Below, one piece after another: positions 38,782 to 50,770 of a DNA stretch of 64,000 nt. The stretch lies in assembly GCA_963763585.1 (NCBI GenBank), contig CAVXPR010000028.1, positions 15,203 through 79,202 of the forward strand. Reading direction: 5' to 3'. A program made the translations under genes and the position numbers. Below the pieces are notes generated by a model. The model made no database searches and was not told the DNA's origin. It saw only the letters and a list, made by a program, of their open reading frames with translations. The DNA is from an uncultured Acidobacteriaceae bacterium. Its GTDB lineage: Bacteria; Acidobacteriota; Terriglobia; Terriglobales; Acidobacteriaceae. Positions within the stretch are counted from its first letter, which is position 1. Each line of letters starts with the position of its first letter.

Positions 38782-38841
38782 ACTCGAGCCTGACGAGGAA
38801 CGGTTGGCCCGATAAGGCAAAATCATTGGGTGCCAATCATT

Positions 38842-38912
38842 TTGAAGGGTACGGGCTTCAGCCCATACATAAAGTGGGCCAAATGATTTTGGGGCTTTAG
38901 CCCCAGAGGGAA
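38842..38912 (+). repeat. REP-like double-hairpin repeat, copy 3
   Basis: GGGTACGGGCTTCAGCCCATAC ... GGGGCTTTAGCCCCAGAGGGA. Confidence 0.8.
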
Positions 38913-38965
38913 AGATTTTTCAAGCTTGCCACCCAAGAGTGGGAGACCGTCATCAGGAGAGCCAA

Positions 38966-39451
38966 ATGGCCCGAACCAAAAAGGAACGCCTCTCGCATTT
39001 CACCACGTCCGGCCACGCCGCCATGGTCGACGTGAGCAGCAAGCAGTCCACTCACCGCTCCGCTACCGCAGCCGCCTTCATCGAGCTTTCCGCAGCCGTT
39101 CTCGCGGCTCTGCCTTCAAACCCCAAAGGCAATCCGCTCGAGGTCGCGCGTTTCGCCGGAATCCAGGCCGCCAAGCGCACTGCCGATCTCATCCCCATGT
39201 GCCATCCCCTCGCGCTCACCCACGTCGACGTCCAGGCCGCCATCGTCACCGGCGGCGTTCGCATCACTTCTACCGTGTCGACAACAGGCCCCACCGGAGT
39301 CGAAATGGAAGCCCTCACCGCCGCCTCCATCGCCGCGCTCACCGTCTACGACATGACCAAGGCGCTCGACAAAGCCATCGTCATCCGTGACCTTCGCCTC
39401 GAATCCAAATCCGGCGGCAAGAGCGGAAATTTCTCACGGAAAAAGAAATAA
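38966..39451 (+). CDS. moaC: Cyclic pyranopterin monophosphate synthase MoaC
   Basis: LSHF..MVDVSSK, PKGNPLEVARFAGIQAAKRT, LIPMCHPL, GVEMEALTA and YDMTKALDK. Confidence 0.95.
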   Translation: MARTKKERLSHFTTSGHAAMVDVSSKQSTHRSATAAAFIELSAAVLAALPSNPKGNPLEVARFAGIQAAKRTADLIPMCHPLALTHVDVQAAIVTGGVRITSTVSTTGPTGVEMEALTAASIAALTVYDMTKALDKAIVIRDLRLESKSGGKSGNFSRKKK

Positions 39452-39478
39452 TCGGATTGGATCAGCTCTCCTTGGGCC

Positions 39479-39549
39479 TTGAAAGGGCACGTCTTTAGTC
39501 GTACCGTAAATTGCGCCGAATGAAATCGGGGCTTCAGCCCCTGAGGGAA
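39479..39549 (+). repeat. REP-like double-hairpin repeat, copy 4
   Basis: GGGCACGTCTTTAGTCGTACC ... GGGGCTTCAGCCCCTGAGGGA. Confidence 0.8.
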
Positions 39550-39649
39550 GGATTACCATCTGGCGAGCCGCACACTACCGCCCGCATTGCCACCCGCGTC
39601 ATTTTCACTCTAAACTTGAAATGGCCAGGCACGCCCTGCGCCGCACCGT

Positions 39650-39734
39650 GCGGAAGTGGTGAAATGGCAAACACACTAGCCTTAGGAGCTAGCGCCCAAA
39701 AGGCTTGCGGGTTCAAGTCCCGCCTTCCGCACCA
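39650..39734 (+). tRNA. tRNA-Leu (TAG)
   Basis: GCGGAAGTGGTGAAATGGCAAACACACTAGCCTTAGGAGCTAGCGCCCAAAAGGCTTGCGGGTTCAAGTCCCGCCTTCCGCACCA; long variable arm. Confidence 0.97.
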
Positions 39735-39800
39735 ATTCCTGCTTGCACCCCTCGCGCTTATCGCACTCCTCTACTCCAAAGAGTAAAAGCGCGGAGCGCA

Positions 39801-42003
39801 TTATTTCAGCCGCGCACCCAGCGGCACATCATCGAGGAACCCAGCCAGAACCGGCGCTCCGCCCTCAAGCGATGCGGCCAGCAGCATCCCATTCGACTCA
39901 AGCCCGCGCATCTTTCGCGGAGCCAGGTTCGCCACAATCACGATCCTGCGCCCAATCAGCTTCTCCGGCTCGTAGTATTCCGCAATCCCCGCCAGAATCT
40001 GCCGCTTCTCGGTGCCCAGATCGACCTCGAGCCGCAGCAGCTTGTCGGCCTTGGGCACACGCTCGGCCACAAGAATCTGCGCCACGCGCAACTCCACCTT
40101 GGAAAAGTCGTCGATCGTAATGTGCTGCGACCCCTGCGCCCCAACACTCGCACTCTCCGCCGCTGCTTGCGTCACAACCGGCGCAGCCGCGCTCGCCGTA
40201 ACTGCCGCAGCCGCAACAGGCGTCGAATCTTTCGCCACCACCGGCGCTACTGGCTTCGCTTCGGCCACCGGCGCTTTCGCCACCGCCGGCCTCACTTGCG
40301 CTGCAGGCGGTTCCGGCTTTTTCGCCTCAACCGGCGTCTTCACTTCCTCAACTACGCTTCTACCGCCCGCAGCTTCCACCGCCGTCCGACTATTTTCGTC
40401 CTCAAGGCTCTGCATACGTTCAATCGCTTCCTTCTCCGCGCGGGGAAACAGCGGCGCGGGCTCTCCAAACTTTGTCCCTGGCTTCAATCCGCCCCACGCG
40501 AGATTCTTCAAAAATCCGTTCTTAGCAGCAACGGCCAATTCGCCCAGTCCAAGCTGCATCCACACCTTCGCCGCCGCATCCGGCACAATCGGATACGCCA
40601 GCGCCGTAATCACGCGAATCGCCTCCGCCGCCGTCGCCAGCACTCGCGCCTGCAACTTCGCGTGCTCCTCGTCCGACCGCTCCGGCGGCTTTTTCCACGG
40701 CGCATTCGCGGTCAAATAGCCGTCCGTCTCCGCCACCACCGCCCACAGCAACTTCAGCGCGTCAGAAAAATTCAGCTCATCAAACGCCGGCCCAAACGCC
40801 GCAATCGCCGCCTCCGCGTTCGCGCGCAGCGCAGTTTCAGCCTGCGTCTCCGGGCCCGCCTCCGGCACAACCCCGCCAAAGTATTTGTGCACCATGTTCA
40901 CCACGCGGCTCACCAGATTCCCGTAGCCGTTGGCCAGGTCCCCGTTGTACCGCTGCACCAGCGCGTCAAAACTGAAATTCCCGTCCTGCCCAAACGGAAT
41001 CTCGCGCAGCAAAAAGTACCGCAGCGCATCCGCGCCCAGCACGTCCTGCACCGTCTCTGCCCGCACAATGTTCCCGCGCGACTTCGACATCTTTCCCTGG
41101 TCGAACAGCAGCCATCCATTCGCCCGCACCGAGCGCGGCAGTCGCAATTCCCGCCGCCATCAGGAACGCCGGCCAGTACACGCAATGGAACCGGCTGATT
41201 TCTTTTCCGATTAAATGAATGTCCGCCGGCCAGAACTTCTTAAATTTCTCGTCGCCGTCCGACCCGTATCCAAGCGCAGTAATGTAATTCGCCAGCGCAT
41301 CCAGCCACACGTACACCACGTGCTTCTCGTCGCCCGGAACCGGAATGCCCCACGAAACACTCGTCCGGGTCACCGAAAGATCCTTCAACCCGCCGCGCAC
41401 AAAGCTGATCACTTCGCGCCGCGTCGACTCCGGCCCCATGAATCCCGGATTCGCGTCGTAAAACTCCAGCAGCTTCCTCTCAAACGCCGACAGCTTGAAG
41501 AAATAATTCTCCTCACTCACCGTCTCCGTCGGCCGACCGCAATCCGGGCAAGGCGTCCCCGGCGGCCCATCTACATACGCCTCATCGAACACGCAATACT
41601 GCCCCGTGTACGATCCCTTGTAGATGTATCCCTTGTCGCGCAGCGTCGTAAACAGCTTCTGCACGCCTCGAATGTGACGAGGCTCCGTCGTCCGAATGAA
41701 ATCGTCGTACGTAATCCCCAGCCGGTCCCACAGTCCGCGAAACTCGCCCGAAACCTTCGTCGCAAATTCCTCAGGAGAGCAACCGGCAGCTTTAGCGCTG
41801 CGCTCAATCTTCTGCCCATGCTCGTCCGTTCCCGTCAAAAACCACGTCTCGATGCCCAGCGCCCGCTTCCGCCGCGCAATCGCGTCGCACACAATCGTCG
41901 AGTACGCATGGCCCAGGTGCGGCCGCGCGTTCACGTAGTAAATCGGCGTAGTCAGGTAAAACCGGCCCGCGTTCGTTTCCGTTTTTGAGGTTGAATCAGT
42001 CAT
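39801..42003 (-). CDS. metG: Methionine--tRNA ligase with C-terminal tRNA-binding domain; frameshift near 41150
   Basis: FYLTTPIYYVN, PHLGH, TGTDEHGQK, YVWLDAL, GKMSKS, and C-terminal ITIDDFSKVELRVA..ESNGMLLA. Confidence 0.95.
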
Positions 42004-42197
42004 GAACAGTCCGCGCACAGAAGAAAAAGCAGCGAGATCGGCAATCACTCTCCATCTTAAGGCATCGCGCCTCGAGCATCGCGCGGCGGTGGTTCGCCTC
42101 GGCCGTTGATCATCACTGTGCACTGCTCGTCAGGAACACGATGCTCCTCGGGTGCTAAAATCACTAGGAAAATCAAGCATTTTCCTGAGGCTCCAGC

Positions 42198-44259
42198 GTG
42201 GTTCTCGAACTCGAAAAGCGGCTCTCCGATCGTCTTCGCGCCGTTCTCAAAGAAAAATACGATCTTGAAATAGCCTCGATCCCTCTCGAGACGCCGCCCG
42301 ATCTCCGCCTCGGCGAAATCGCCACGCCTATCGCATTCGAGCTGGCCCGCAAACTCCGCAAAGCGCCAAAAATTATCGCGCAGGAGATTGTTACTGCCCT
42401 CGCCCCGCTCCCCGGCTTCTCCAAATTCGAAGTCGCCGGCGCAGGCTACATCAACGCTTTCCTCGACCGCGCCGCCGCTGCTCAACTAGCCGTTCCCGCC
42501 GGCACCCATTCGTCATCACATCAGGACCACGTGCTCGTTGAACACACGTCCATCAATCCCAACAAGGCCGCGCACATCGGCCATTTGCGCAACGCCATTC
42601 TCGGCGACACGTTCGTCCGCCTGCTCCGCGCCGCCGGCTACAAAGTCGATGTGCAGAACTACATTGACAACACCGGCGTCCAGGTCGCCGACGTTGTCGT
42701 CGGCTTTCTGCATCTTGAAAAGAAATCGCCCGCCGATGTCCACGCGCTCCTCGCCGACCTCGCCAGCGACGGCGAGCGCATCGATTACTACTGCTGGGAT
42801 CTCTACGCCCGCACTTCGCAGTGGTACGGCGAAGGCACGCCAGCAGAACAAGCCGCGCGCAAACAAATCCGCCTCGACACGCTGCACCTCATCGAGCATG
42901 GCGGCAACGACACCGCCGAAATCGCCGACCTCATCTCCACAGCCGTCCTCCGCCGTCATCTTGAAACCATGCTCCGCCTCAGCATTGAATACGATTTCCT
43001 CCCGCGCGAGAGCGAAATTCTTCACCTCAAATTCTGGGAAGCTGCCTTCGAAAAACTCAAGCAATCAGGCGTGCTTTACTTCGAAAACGAAGGCAAGAAC
43101 AAAGGCTGCTGGGTAATGTCCCGCGCGGGCTCGCCCACAGAGCCCCTCCAAAACGAGGACGGCCCGAAGGGCCCCGACGACGATGCCAAAGTCATCGTCC
43201 GCTCCAACGGCACCGTCACCTATGTCGGCAAAGATATCGCCTATCATCTTTGGAAGTTCGGCCTGCTCGGCAAAGACTTCGGCTACAAGCGCTTCTTCAC
43301 TTATCCCGATCACGAGTGCTGGATCTCGACCGAACACGGCGAGCCCAACCATCCCCACTTCGGCGGAGCAACCGCCATCTACAACGTCATCGATGCGCGC
43401 CAGTCCGACCCGCAGGCCAACGTCATCCAGGCTCTCCGCGGCATGGGATACACCGAGCAAGCCGATCACTACACCCACTTCAGCTACGAGATGGTCGCGC
43501 TCACACCTCGCTGCGCCGTCGAGCTTGGCTACAACATCTCCGACGAAGACCAGAAAAAATCCCACATCGAAGTTAGCGGCCGCAAAGGTTTCGGCGTCAA
43601 GGCCGACGACCTCATCGACAAGCTCATCGCCGCCACGCGCGCTGAGGTCGACGCCCGCCAAACCGGGGTCCCCGCCGGGCGATCTGTGCCTGGTGGGGTG
43701 GAAACCGGCGGAACGGGCGAGAATGCTGACACCGCACGCCAGCAGATCGCCGAACAAATCGCCATCGGTGCCTTGCGCTACTTCATGCTCAAGGTCACGC
43801 GCAATTCTGTCATCGCTTTCGATTTCAAAGACGCGCTCAGCTTTGAAGGCGAAACCGGCCCCTACATCCAATACGCCGTCGTCCGCATCCGCAACATCTT
43901 CCGCAAAGGCAATACCACGCCCGACTCCGTGCTCGCCGATTTCGCCAGCCTGCCCGCTGCCACCCTCGCCGCCTATCTCTCCGGCGACGCGAATCAAGAT
44001 ATCTGGTCGCTATGGCTCCGCGCCGGCCGTCGCACCCAAATCCTCGCAGCAATGCATCGCCACCTCCGAGCCCGCCCATCTCGCCCGGCACGCCTTCCAG
44101 CTCGCGCAGGAGTTCGCCAACTTCTACCATCGCCATCACATCCTCACCGAAGAAGATCCCGCGCGCAAAACATTTCTTCTCGCCACCGCCGCCATCGCCC
44201 TTCGCGAACTCGTCGGCACACTCGCTCTCCTCGGCATCGAAAGCCCCGAAGCAATGTAG
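42198..44259 (+). CDS. argS: Arginine--tRNA ligase; frameshift near 44045
   Basis: EHTSINPNKAAHIGHLRN, SGRKG, FEGETGPYIQY. The C-terminal LAQEFANFYH..LGIESPEAM is in another frame, ending at 44259. Confidence 0.95.
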
Positions 44260-44375
44260 CGGCAGCTCTGAGCCGTTGGCACTCGAATGCAATGGAGAAG
44301 TCCCGGAAATCACGCTGTTGAACAACAGCGGCACGTTGTAAGTTGAGATTTTGTTGCTGAATGGTGCGAGGAGAA

Positions 44376-45977
44376 CTAGACTCTCTTCCGCCTCTGATGC
44401 GTCGACGGAATGTTCATGTCCTCGCGATATTTCGCCACCGTCCGCCGCGTCAGTTGAATCCCCTGCGACTGCAGCATCGCCGCGAGCTGGTCGTCGGTCA
44501 GCGGATGCCGCGCGTCTTCGTCCTCGATGAACTTGCGCACCTTGCGCTTCAGCACCAGCAGCGGCGTATCCGCGCCCTCCGGCCCGTTCGAGCCTTCCGA
44601 GAAAAAGAACCGCAGCTCCAGCACGCCCTGCGGCGTATGCGCGTATTTGTTGGCCACGGCGCGGCTCACCGTCGATGGGTGAACGCCGATCTCCTCGGCC
44701 ACTTCCTTGATCATCATCGGCCGCAGCCCTTCCACGCCCTTGTCGAAAAACTCCTGCTGCCGCCGCACAATCACTTCGCACGTCCGCAAAATCGTGCTCT
44801 TTCTCTGCGCGATGTTCCGCATCAGTTGCAGCGCCGAGCGGAACCGCTCCTTCACGTACTCCTTCACTTCCTTGTCGGTCTCTGATGAAACCAGCATGCG
44901 CCGGTAGCGCTGGCTCAGTCGCAGGCTGGGCAGGTCCTCTTCGTTCATGCTCACTACCCATTCGCCGCCGCGCTTTACAAAATACACATCCGGCTCAATC
45001 AGCCGAGTCTGTTCGCGGTTGTACATCCGCCCCGGCCGCGGATCCAGCGTCCTTATAAACTCGACAGCCGAGTGCGCCTCATCCGCTGTCACCTGCGCCG
45101 CCCGCGCCAGGTCCTTAACGTCCCGCTTTTGCAACAGAGGCAAGTGGCGTTCCACAATCAGCGTCGCCACTTCCATCGCCCGCCGCCGCTCGTCGATCTT
45201 GGCCTCGGCCTCCTCGCGAATGCTCCTGTGATGGTCGGTTCCCGCGTCCTCGTCAATCTCTTCTGATCCCGGCCCGTAGATATGGCTGAACTCGTGCTGC
45301 TGTGCCGCAATCTGCAACATTAGGCACTGCCGCAAGTCGCGCGCCCCCACTCCCGCTGGATCAAGATGCTGCACCAGATCCAGCCCGCGCCGGATCAAAT
45401 CCAGCGCCGCTGCAAGCTCCGCCGCATGGCCGTTGTTAGCGGCCACTTCCAGCGGGACTCCGCAAAAAGCAGCGGCGAGCTCCTCTTCGCTCGCCGCCAG
45501 ATATCCATCTTCATCCAGATTGCCAACCACAAACTGCGCTGCCTCAAGCAGCTTTCGGTCCAGACTCAGTGCCCCCAGCTGCCACGCCAGGTGATCTGAC
45601 AAGCTCGTAGGCTGGGAGAGAAAGTTCTCAAACGAGGGCTTCTCGCTCTCTTCATACTCCGGCTGTGTACGGTAACCGGGATCGAGATACTCCTGGAAGT
45701 ACGAGCCAAAATCGATCTCATCGAATACATCCTTAGGCGGCGCGGCCGTCTCCTCAGCGCTGCGTTCCAGCCGTTCCTCGCGGCCCGCAACTTCATCCAG
45801 CATTGGAACCGTTTCGTCAATCTCCTCAAGGACGGGATTCTCAACCATCTCCGCATCGATCATCTCCTTCAACTCGAGCTTGTTCAGCGCAAGCACGCTC
45901 ACCATCTGCATCAGGCCCGGCGTCAGCACCTGACGTTGGGAGACTTTCAAACTCAATCTTGGTTGCAGAAGCGGCAT
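44376..45977 (-). CDS. rpoN: RNA polymerase sigma-54 factor
   Basis: LELKEMIDAEMVENPVLE, GVHPSTVSRA, and RpoN box RRTVAKYRE. Confidence 0.96.
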   Translation of the reverse strand: MPLLQPRLSLKVSQRQVLTPGLMQMVSVLALNKLELKEMIDAEMVENPVLEEIDETVPMLDEVAGREERLERSAEETAAPPKDVFDEIDFGSYFQEYLDPGYRTQPEYEESEKPSFENFLSQPTSLSDHLAWQLGALSLDRKLLEAAQFVVGNLDEDGYLAASEEELAAAFCGVPLEVAANNGHAAELAAALDLIRRGLDLVQHLDPAGVGARDLRQCLMLQIAAQQHEFSHIYGPGSEEIDEDAGTDHHRSIREEAEAKIDERRRAMEVATLIVERHLPLLQKRDVKDLARAAQVTADEAHSAVEFIRTLDPRPGRMYNREQTRLIEPDVYFVKRGGEWVVSMNEEDLPSLRLSQRYRRMLVSSETDKEVKEYVKERFRSALQLMRNIAQRKSTILRTCEVIVRRQQEFFDKGVEGLRPMMIKEVAEEIGVHPSTVSRAVANKYAHTPQGVLELRFFFSEGSNGPEGADTPLLVLKRKVRKFIEDEDARHPLTDDQLAAMLQSQGIQLTRRTVAKYREDMNIPSTHQRRKRV

Positions 45978-46230
45978 AATTGCGTTGTGTCCCGTTTTGG
46001 CTCAATGCGAGTCTAGTCTTAGTGCGTGATAAAGCTTAGTACAGAAACGGTCTGCTCTTGCTCCCCCATTCGTGTCATCGTACCGAATTGGGGCTTGGCC
46101 CGTTTCGGAATCATTGGAAGAAAACAACTTAGCGGCGCCGCGCTCCCGCCGCTGGAACCTTCAGAATATGCCTGATTTGCGCCGACCGTCCAGCGCCATG
46201 GGAGCCATCCAAATGCACCCCAAATATGCT

Positions 46231-46959
46231 CTAATTCAGCGAGAATCCCTCGCCCAGGTAAATGCGCCGCACCTCAACGTCATTACCCAGCTCGCGCGGC
46301 GTTCCCGTCCGGAAAATTCGCCCTTCGGCAATAATGTATGCCCGGTCGGTCACGCTCAGCGTCTCGCGCACGTTGTGGTCCGTCACCAGCACCCCGATCC
46401 CGCTGGCTTTCAGGTCGAAGATGATCTTTTGCAGCTCCAGCACTGCAATCGGGTCGATGCCGCTGAACGGCTCGTCGAGCAAAATAAAATTTGGCTGAAT
46501 GCACAGCGCTCGGGCAATCTCCACTCGCCGCCGCTCGCCGCCTGAAAGCGCGTATCCCCGCGTGGTGCGGATGTGCCCAAGATTCAACTGATGAATCAGC
46601 TTCTCGGCTCGCGTGCGCCGTTCCCGGTTGCCCAGCGGCTGCGCCTCCAGCACCGCCAGGATGTTCTCCTCCGCGGTCAGCTTGCGAAAAACCGAAGGCT
46701 CCTGGGGAAGATAGCTGATCCCGAAATTCCGCGCCCGCAAATACATCGGCACCCGCGTAATGTCGGTGTCGTCCACCATCACGCGCCCGCTCTCAGGCTG
46801 TACCAATCCCACAATCATGTAGAAACTGGTTGTCTTGCCGGCGCCGTTTGGCCCCAGCAAGCCCACCACTTCGCCGCGGGAAATCCTCAGGTTGACGTCT
46901 CTTACAACCTGCCTCCGCTTGTAGCTCTTTCCGATTCCCTCGGCAATCAGTGTTTCCAT
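46231..46959 (-). CDS. lptB: LPS export ABC transporter ATP-binding protein
   Basis: [47 protein letters not shown] and TDHNVRETL; directly upstream of rpoN. Confidence 0.95.
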   Translation of the reverse strand: METLIAEGIGKSYKRRQVVRDVNLRISRGEVVGLLGPNGAGKTTSFYMIVGLVQPESGRVMVDDTDITRVPMYLRARNFGISYLPQEPSVFRKLTAEENILAVLEAQPLGNRERRTRAEKLIHQLNLGHIRTTRGYALSGGERRRVEIARALCIQPNFILLDEPFSGIDPIAVLELQKIIFDLKASGIGVLVTDHNVRETLSVTDRAYIIAEGRIFRTGTPRELGNDVEVRRIYLGEGFSLN

Positions 46960-46984
46960 GTGTCTCGCTGAAGCGATCCCCGCC

Positions 46985-49750
46985 TTACTTCCCGTGCGCG
47001 TCCGGAGCGGTCGTATCCGTTTCTGTCTCGCGGCCGCCGCCTTCGACTCTGACCCTATCATCGCGGCTATCGAAAATCAAAGCCTCACCCGTCACCGTTC
47101 CATGCTCCGGATCGCTCATCTTCGGTGGCACGGCTGCCGTGCCAGTCAGCACATATTCCCCGGTCGCTCCCGTATATACCAATTGCTCTCCGGTTCCGCG
47201 CCTGCCCTGCGAAGTCAGCACCACATGCCCAGTGGCCTTCATCTCATCCACTTGCGCTTGCCCGCTCTGCGCCTGCCCGTTCTGTCCCGGGCCGCCGCTT
47301 GCATCGTGGCCTCCCGCCGGCATCAGCAGCAATTCCACAGCATCGGACGACGATGTCGCCGTGCCCGTCTCCGCAACCACTGCGCCCAGCGTGCCTCCGT
47401 GCATCACCGCCTTGCGCTCCGCGTCGAAGTATTTCAGCTCGCCTCCACGCACGCGAATCACAGAAACCGCAGCGCCCGCATTGCTCGCGCCCGTCTGCCC
47501 AGCAGATTGCGTCGTCGCGCCATTCCCGCCCGCGCTCTTTCCCGTATCCGCCCTACCTGCGTCTGCCGCGTTCGCTACCTTGCCCGCACCCGCCCCGCCT
47601 GCGCTCAGCATCACCACCCGCACCGGCTCTGCCGGATCGCTGCTCCTTGCCACGAGCGTTTGCATGCGCTGGTTCAACACAATCACTGGCCCGCTCACAA
47701 AGTTCGTCTGTTGCCACATACGCGCGTGCCCGCGAAAGGTCGCCTCGCCGCTCGACTGGTTCAGTTGCGCCTCGGCTGCAACCACATGCGCCGGACCCTT
47801 GCCGCCCAACGTCACTCCGCCAGCATCGTTTTTCCCTGTGCCAGCTCTCGTCCCATCGCTACCCGCGGGACCGCCGCCTCCCCCGCCGCCAACCACCGCG
47901 CCCGTCCACGTCGCTTTCACATCGCCATGCGCAAAAGCGTCACCCGACTGCTGCGACATATCGACCTTCTCCGCTGTCAGCTCCATCCCGCCATTTTCCA
48001 CTCGCGGACTCATCGTCAAATGCAGCCACTCTCCCTGGCCCTCATACACAGCTTTGCCGGCTGTCGCGCGCAGCGGCGGTGGTGGCTGCGCGCCTGTCTT
48101 CGCCGCCGGCTGCTCAAACAGCACCACATTCCCGTCCAGCTCCGCCGACTGCACCTCGGTCGCCCCAGCCACACCACCGCTGCCTACTTGCTCCTTTGCT
48201 CCCTTGCTCCCCTGCTCCCTGTCTTCGGCAAAACTCGCCTCCAGCCGGTCGCCGTTCGCCGTCTGTCGCGTCCCTGTCGCCGTTGTCTCATCGATCTCCG
48301 CATGGCCCGCGCCGCTCAGCGTGCGCAACGCCGATCCTGCCCCAAAACTCCCCGTCACTTCATCCGCGCTCATTCTCGATGGCGTCGCCGGCGCATTGCC
48401 GCGCTGGCTCTCGCTCGTGATCGTCACACCGCCCGATCCGCGCATCGTCTCCACTTCCAACTGCCCTTCGCCTGCCTGTCCCGCGCCTGCATGTCGTCCC
48501 GCGCCTTTGCCCGAGCCGTGCCCCGCCCGAAAACCAATGTCCACCACCGGCGAGCGCCAAGCTCGGCTTACGTGTAGAGTCCTGCTCACGCGCAACCCGC
48601 CCCCCCCATCGTCTTGTCCCGCGCTCGTCTCTAGGCTCGTCATCTCCACGCCGCGCTCCAGGTGCGCGCTCTTCAATTCGCCCTTCGCCGCAAAATTCAA
48701 CTCCGCCGTCGGCGCATTTCCGTGCATCGTTCGCATTGCACTCGCCGAATCCATCGTCACGCCACCCTCCATGTGCCCATGGAGCGGTTCGCTGTGCTCG
48801 TCAAACATAATCCACGCCACCGGCGCAGCCACGTGCCCGCCCTTCGTGGTCGTCAGCGTAAACCCGCCCTTCGCATCCAATCGCTCCGCCGACCCATCCT
48901 CGCGAAACAGAATCTTCGCCTCAGCCGCGTCGGCTTTCCCTCCGCTAAATGCCGCCGACGCTCTCTCCATTTCGCAGCTCTGCGCCCCGCGATCGAACTC
49001 CGCATGCTGCGCATGAATCTCAACCTCATCGCCGCCGCGATTGGTCGTCAGCTCCACTGCCTGCTCCAGCGTCAAGTTGCCGCTCTGCGAGTTGTAACTT
49101 GCCCCCGTCGCGCTCCCGGCTCCCTGCGCCGCTGTAAAGTTCACTCGCTGATCAGTCGTCACCAGCCCTGAGTTCCGGTCGAACGTCACTCCGCTCGTCT
49201 TTACGTCAATCTGTCCCGCCCCGCCTGTCGCGTCCACATCGGCAATCGCGTGCGCCTTAATCTCGTCTTCCCTAATCTTGTCTCCCTTGATCTGGTCTTC
49301 CTTCTTCTTGTTTCCTTTTGTCTTATCTGCCTGCTCCACTGCCGCTTCGGTACTCGCTGAAGGCCGCGTCAGCAGCATCTCTACCGGCCCTTGCGCCGTT
49401 GCCTTGCCCGTCTTCTGGTCGTACTCAAATATGTCGCCGGAGATCTTGTCGATCTGCTTGCCGTCCTCGCCGTAAAGATCGATCTGCACGTCGTGCAGCT
49501 CCACAAAGTCCGTCTTCAGCTCCACCTCTCGCGAAGCATGGATCCTGTACTGGGAGTGCGCACCAAACGCGTGCACGTAGGTGTATCCATCCGCCTCCTG
49601 CACAATGTTCTTGGCCAGCTTCGGCGGCAAATCGTGCCGGTTCAGCAGGTTCTTCCACTTCGCCCGCACCAGAAACACGCCCAGCGTCACCAGCAGCAGC
49701 GCTCCCGCCACCAGCACCAGCGTCCGGATTCGCTCGATCGTCAACCGCAC
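46985..49750 (-). CDS. Large LptC/LptA (OstA-like) periplasmic LPS transport protein, 921 aa
   Basis: N-terminal TM anchor, then repeated beta-jellyroll-like segments ([27 protein letters not shown]). Position upstream of lptB. Confidence 0.75.
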   Translation of the reverse strand: MRLTIERIRTLVLVAGALLLVTLGVFLVRAKWKNLLNRHDLPPKLAKNIVQEADGYTYVHAFGAHSQYRIHASREVELKTDFVELHDVQIDLYGEDGKQIDKISGDIFEYDQKTGKATAQGPVEMLLTRPSASTEAAVEQADKTKGNKKKEDQIKGDKIREDEIKAHAIADVDATGGAGQIDVKTSGVTFDRNSGLVTTDQRVNFTAAQGAGSATGASYNSQSGNLTLEQAVELTTNRGGDEVEIHAQHAEFDRGAQSCEMERASAAFSGGKADAAEAKILFREDGSAERLDAKGGFTLTTTKGGHVAAPVAWIMFDEHSEPLHGHMEGGVTMDSASAMRTMHGNAPTAELNFAAKGELKSAHLERGVEMTSLETSAGQDDGGGGLRVSRTLHVSRAWRSPVVDIGFRAGHGSGKGAGRHAGAGQAGEGQLEVETMRGSGGVTITSESQRGNAPATPSRMSADEVTGSFGAGSALRTLSGAGHAEIDETTATGTRQTANGDRLEASFAEDREQGSKGAKEQVGSGGVAGATEVQSAELDGNVVLFEQPAAKTGAQPPPPLRATAGKAVYEGQGEWLHLTMSPRVENGGMELTAEKVDMSQQSGDAFAHGDVKATWTGAVVGGGGGGGPAGSDGTRAGTGKNDAGGVTLGGKGPAHVVAAEAQLNQSSGEATFRGHARMWQQTNFVSGPVIVLNQRMQTLVARSSDPAEPVRVVMLSAGGAGAGKVANAADAGRADTGKSAGGNGATTQSAGQTGASNAGAAVSVIRVRGGELKYFDAERKAVMHGGTLGAVVAETGTATSSSDAVELLLMPAGGHDASGGPGQNGQAQSGQAQVDEMKATGHVVLTSQGRRGTGEQLVYTGATGEYVLTGTAAVPPKMSDPEHGTVTGEALIFDSRDDRVRVEGGGRETETDTTAPDAHGK

Positions 49751-49840
49751 GCTTTAGCTAACCTCTGAATAATTCGACGTTCTGAAAAGGTAGGAACTTG
49801 CTGTTCGCGGATACGCTTCCTCGCGACACAGTCTTGTATC

Positions 49841-49906
49841 AGGGCACGGCTTCAGCCGGGCCATAAAGGCAGCAAAAAGAATCGAGGGCTTTAGCCCCCG
49901 AGGGAA
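49841..49906 (+). repeat. REP-like double-hairpin repeat, copy 5
   Basis: GGGCACGGCTTCAGCCGGGCC ... GGGCTTTAGCCCCCGAGGGA. Confidence 0.8.
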
Positions 49907-49931
49907 TGTTTGCGATTCGTTCAAATCTCCC

Positions 49932-50699
49932 TCAATTCCCCATCCCCAACCGCGCCGCCAACCGCTGCGCCAGGCTCTCACCAAGCTCGCTCCACAGCAA
50001 CCGAGCCGTCGCGCCCGACGCCTTCTCCACTCCCGCAGTCAGCTCCACCAGTTGACGCACATTCTCCGCCACATGTCTCGCGCCCACTTCACTTAAGTCG
50101 ACATCCTCCTCGAGAAATGGCGCGTCCGAGCCAAAGTCGATCCTGATGTGCCCATCCTGCTCATATGTGCCTTCGTCAAACAGCGGCCCATATCCCGTTA
50201 CCCGCACCAGGCGCGGCCCCCGCGCCCACCGGCCCAGATACTTGTGATCCTGAGCGTTTATTTTTAACCTGCCATCCTGGGCGTCTGTTTCTTGGCTGTC
50301 ATCCTGAGCGGAGGGCGCAGTAGCGCCCGAAGTCGAAGGACCTGCATTTCCAATCTCCAGCTCCCACAAATTCCACCCAATCTGGAACTCGTATGCGTAG
50401 TCCTCGTGCAATAGCTCCGTCGCCTCCGCCACAGCCACGCGCGGATCGGCCCCCGGAAGTTGCCCCGGCACCGGCCCAGCGAGCAACCGCCCGCCTTCCA
50501 TCTGCTCGCCAACCATCCGCCCATATACCCGCTCAAACACCGGCGACTCATTCCAGCTCACCGGCCACACCGTCGCCGAATACACCTTCGCCTCGCCGCC
50601 ATGCGCGGCAAAGGCGCCCAGCACCGCAATCAGCTTGTCGGGGAGCGCCTCGAGGCGCAAATTCGGATACCACAGGCTCAAATAAAGCGTGTCTGCCAT
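49932..50699 (-). CDS. Conserved hypothetical protein
   Basis: MADTLYLSLWYPN..., EATELLHEDYAYEF and FDEGTYEQDGHIRIDFG; coding-like composition. Confidence 0.7.
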   Translation of the reverse strand: MADTLYLSLWYPNLRLEALPDKLIAVLGAFAAHGGEAKVYSATVWPVSWNESPVFERVYGRMVGEQMEGGRLLAGPVPGQLPGADPRVAVAEATELLHEDYAYEFQIGWNLWELEIGNAGPSTSGATAPSAQDDSQETDAQDGRLKINAQDHKYLGRWARGPRLVRVTGYGPLFDEGTYEQDGHIRIDFGSDAPFLEEDVDLSEVGARHVAENVRQLVELTAGVEKASGATARLLWSELGESLAQRLAARLGMGN

Positions 50700-50770
50700 C
50701 AGTATTGATTTTAGTCGTTTGTAGTCTTCGGCCGCCGCAAAGGCTACGCCCGACAATCCGCCGGGATTGC

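Noticed and set aside
38810-38840. TGGCAC...TTGC as a sigma-54 promoter near moaC
   Set aside because: Spacing between the -24 and -12 elements is wrong and it faces away from moaC.
28237-39734. Prophage/ICE integrated at tRNA-Thr or tRNA-Leu
   Set aside because: No integrase, phage or conjugation genes, and no duplicated tRNA 3' end in the window.
46950-49016. Long + strand ORFs (688, 539 and 431 aa) antisense to the LptC/A-like gene, and similar ones opposite metG, argS, moeA and the giant proteins
   Set aside because: Shadow ORFs of GC-rich coding DNA: Arg/Pro/Ser-rich, no motifs, no RBS, and fully overlapping well-supported genes.
28478-49906. REP-like hairpins as CRISPR repeats or riboswitches
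   Set aside because: Dispersed singly in intergenic regions, not arrayed, and independent of downstream gene orientation or function.
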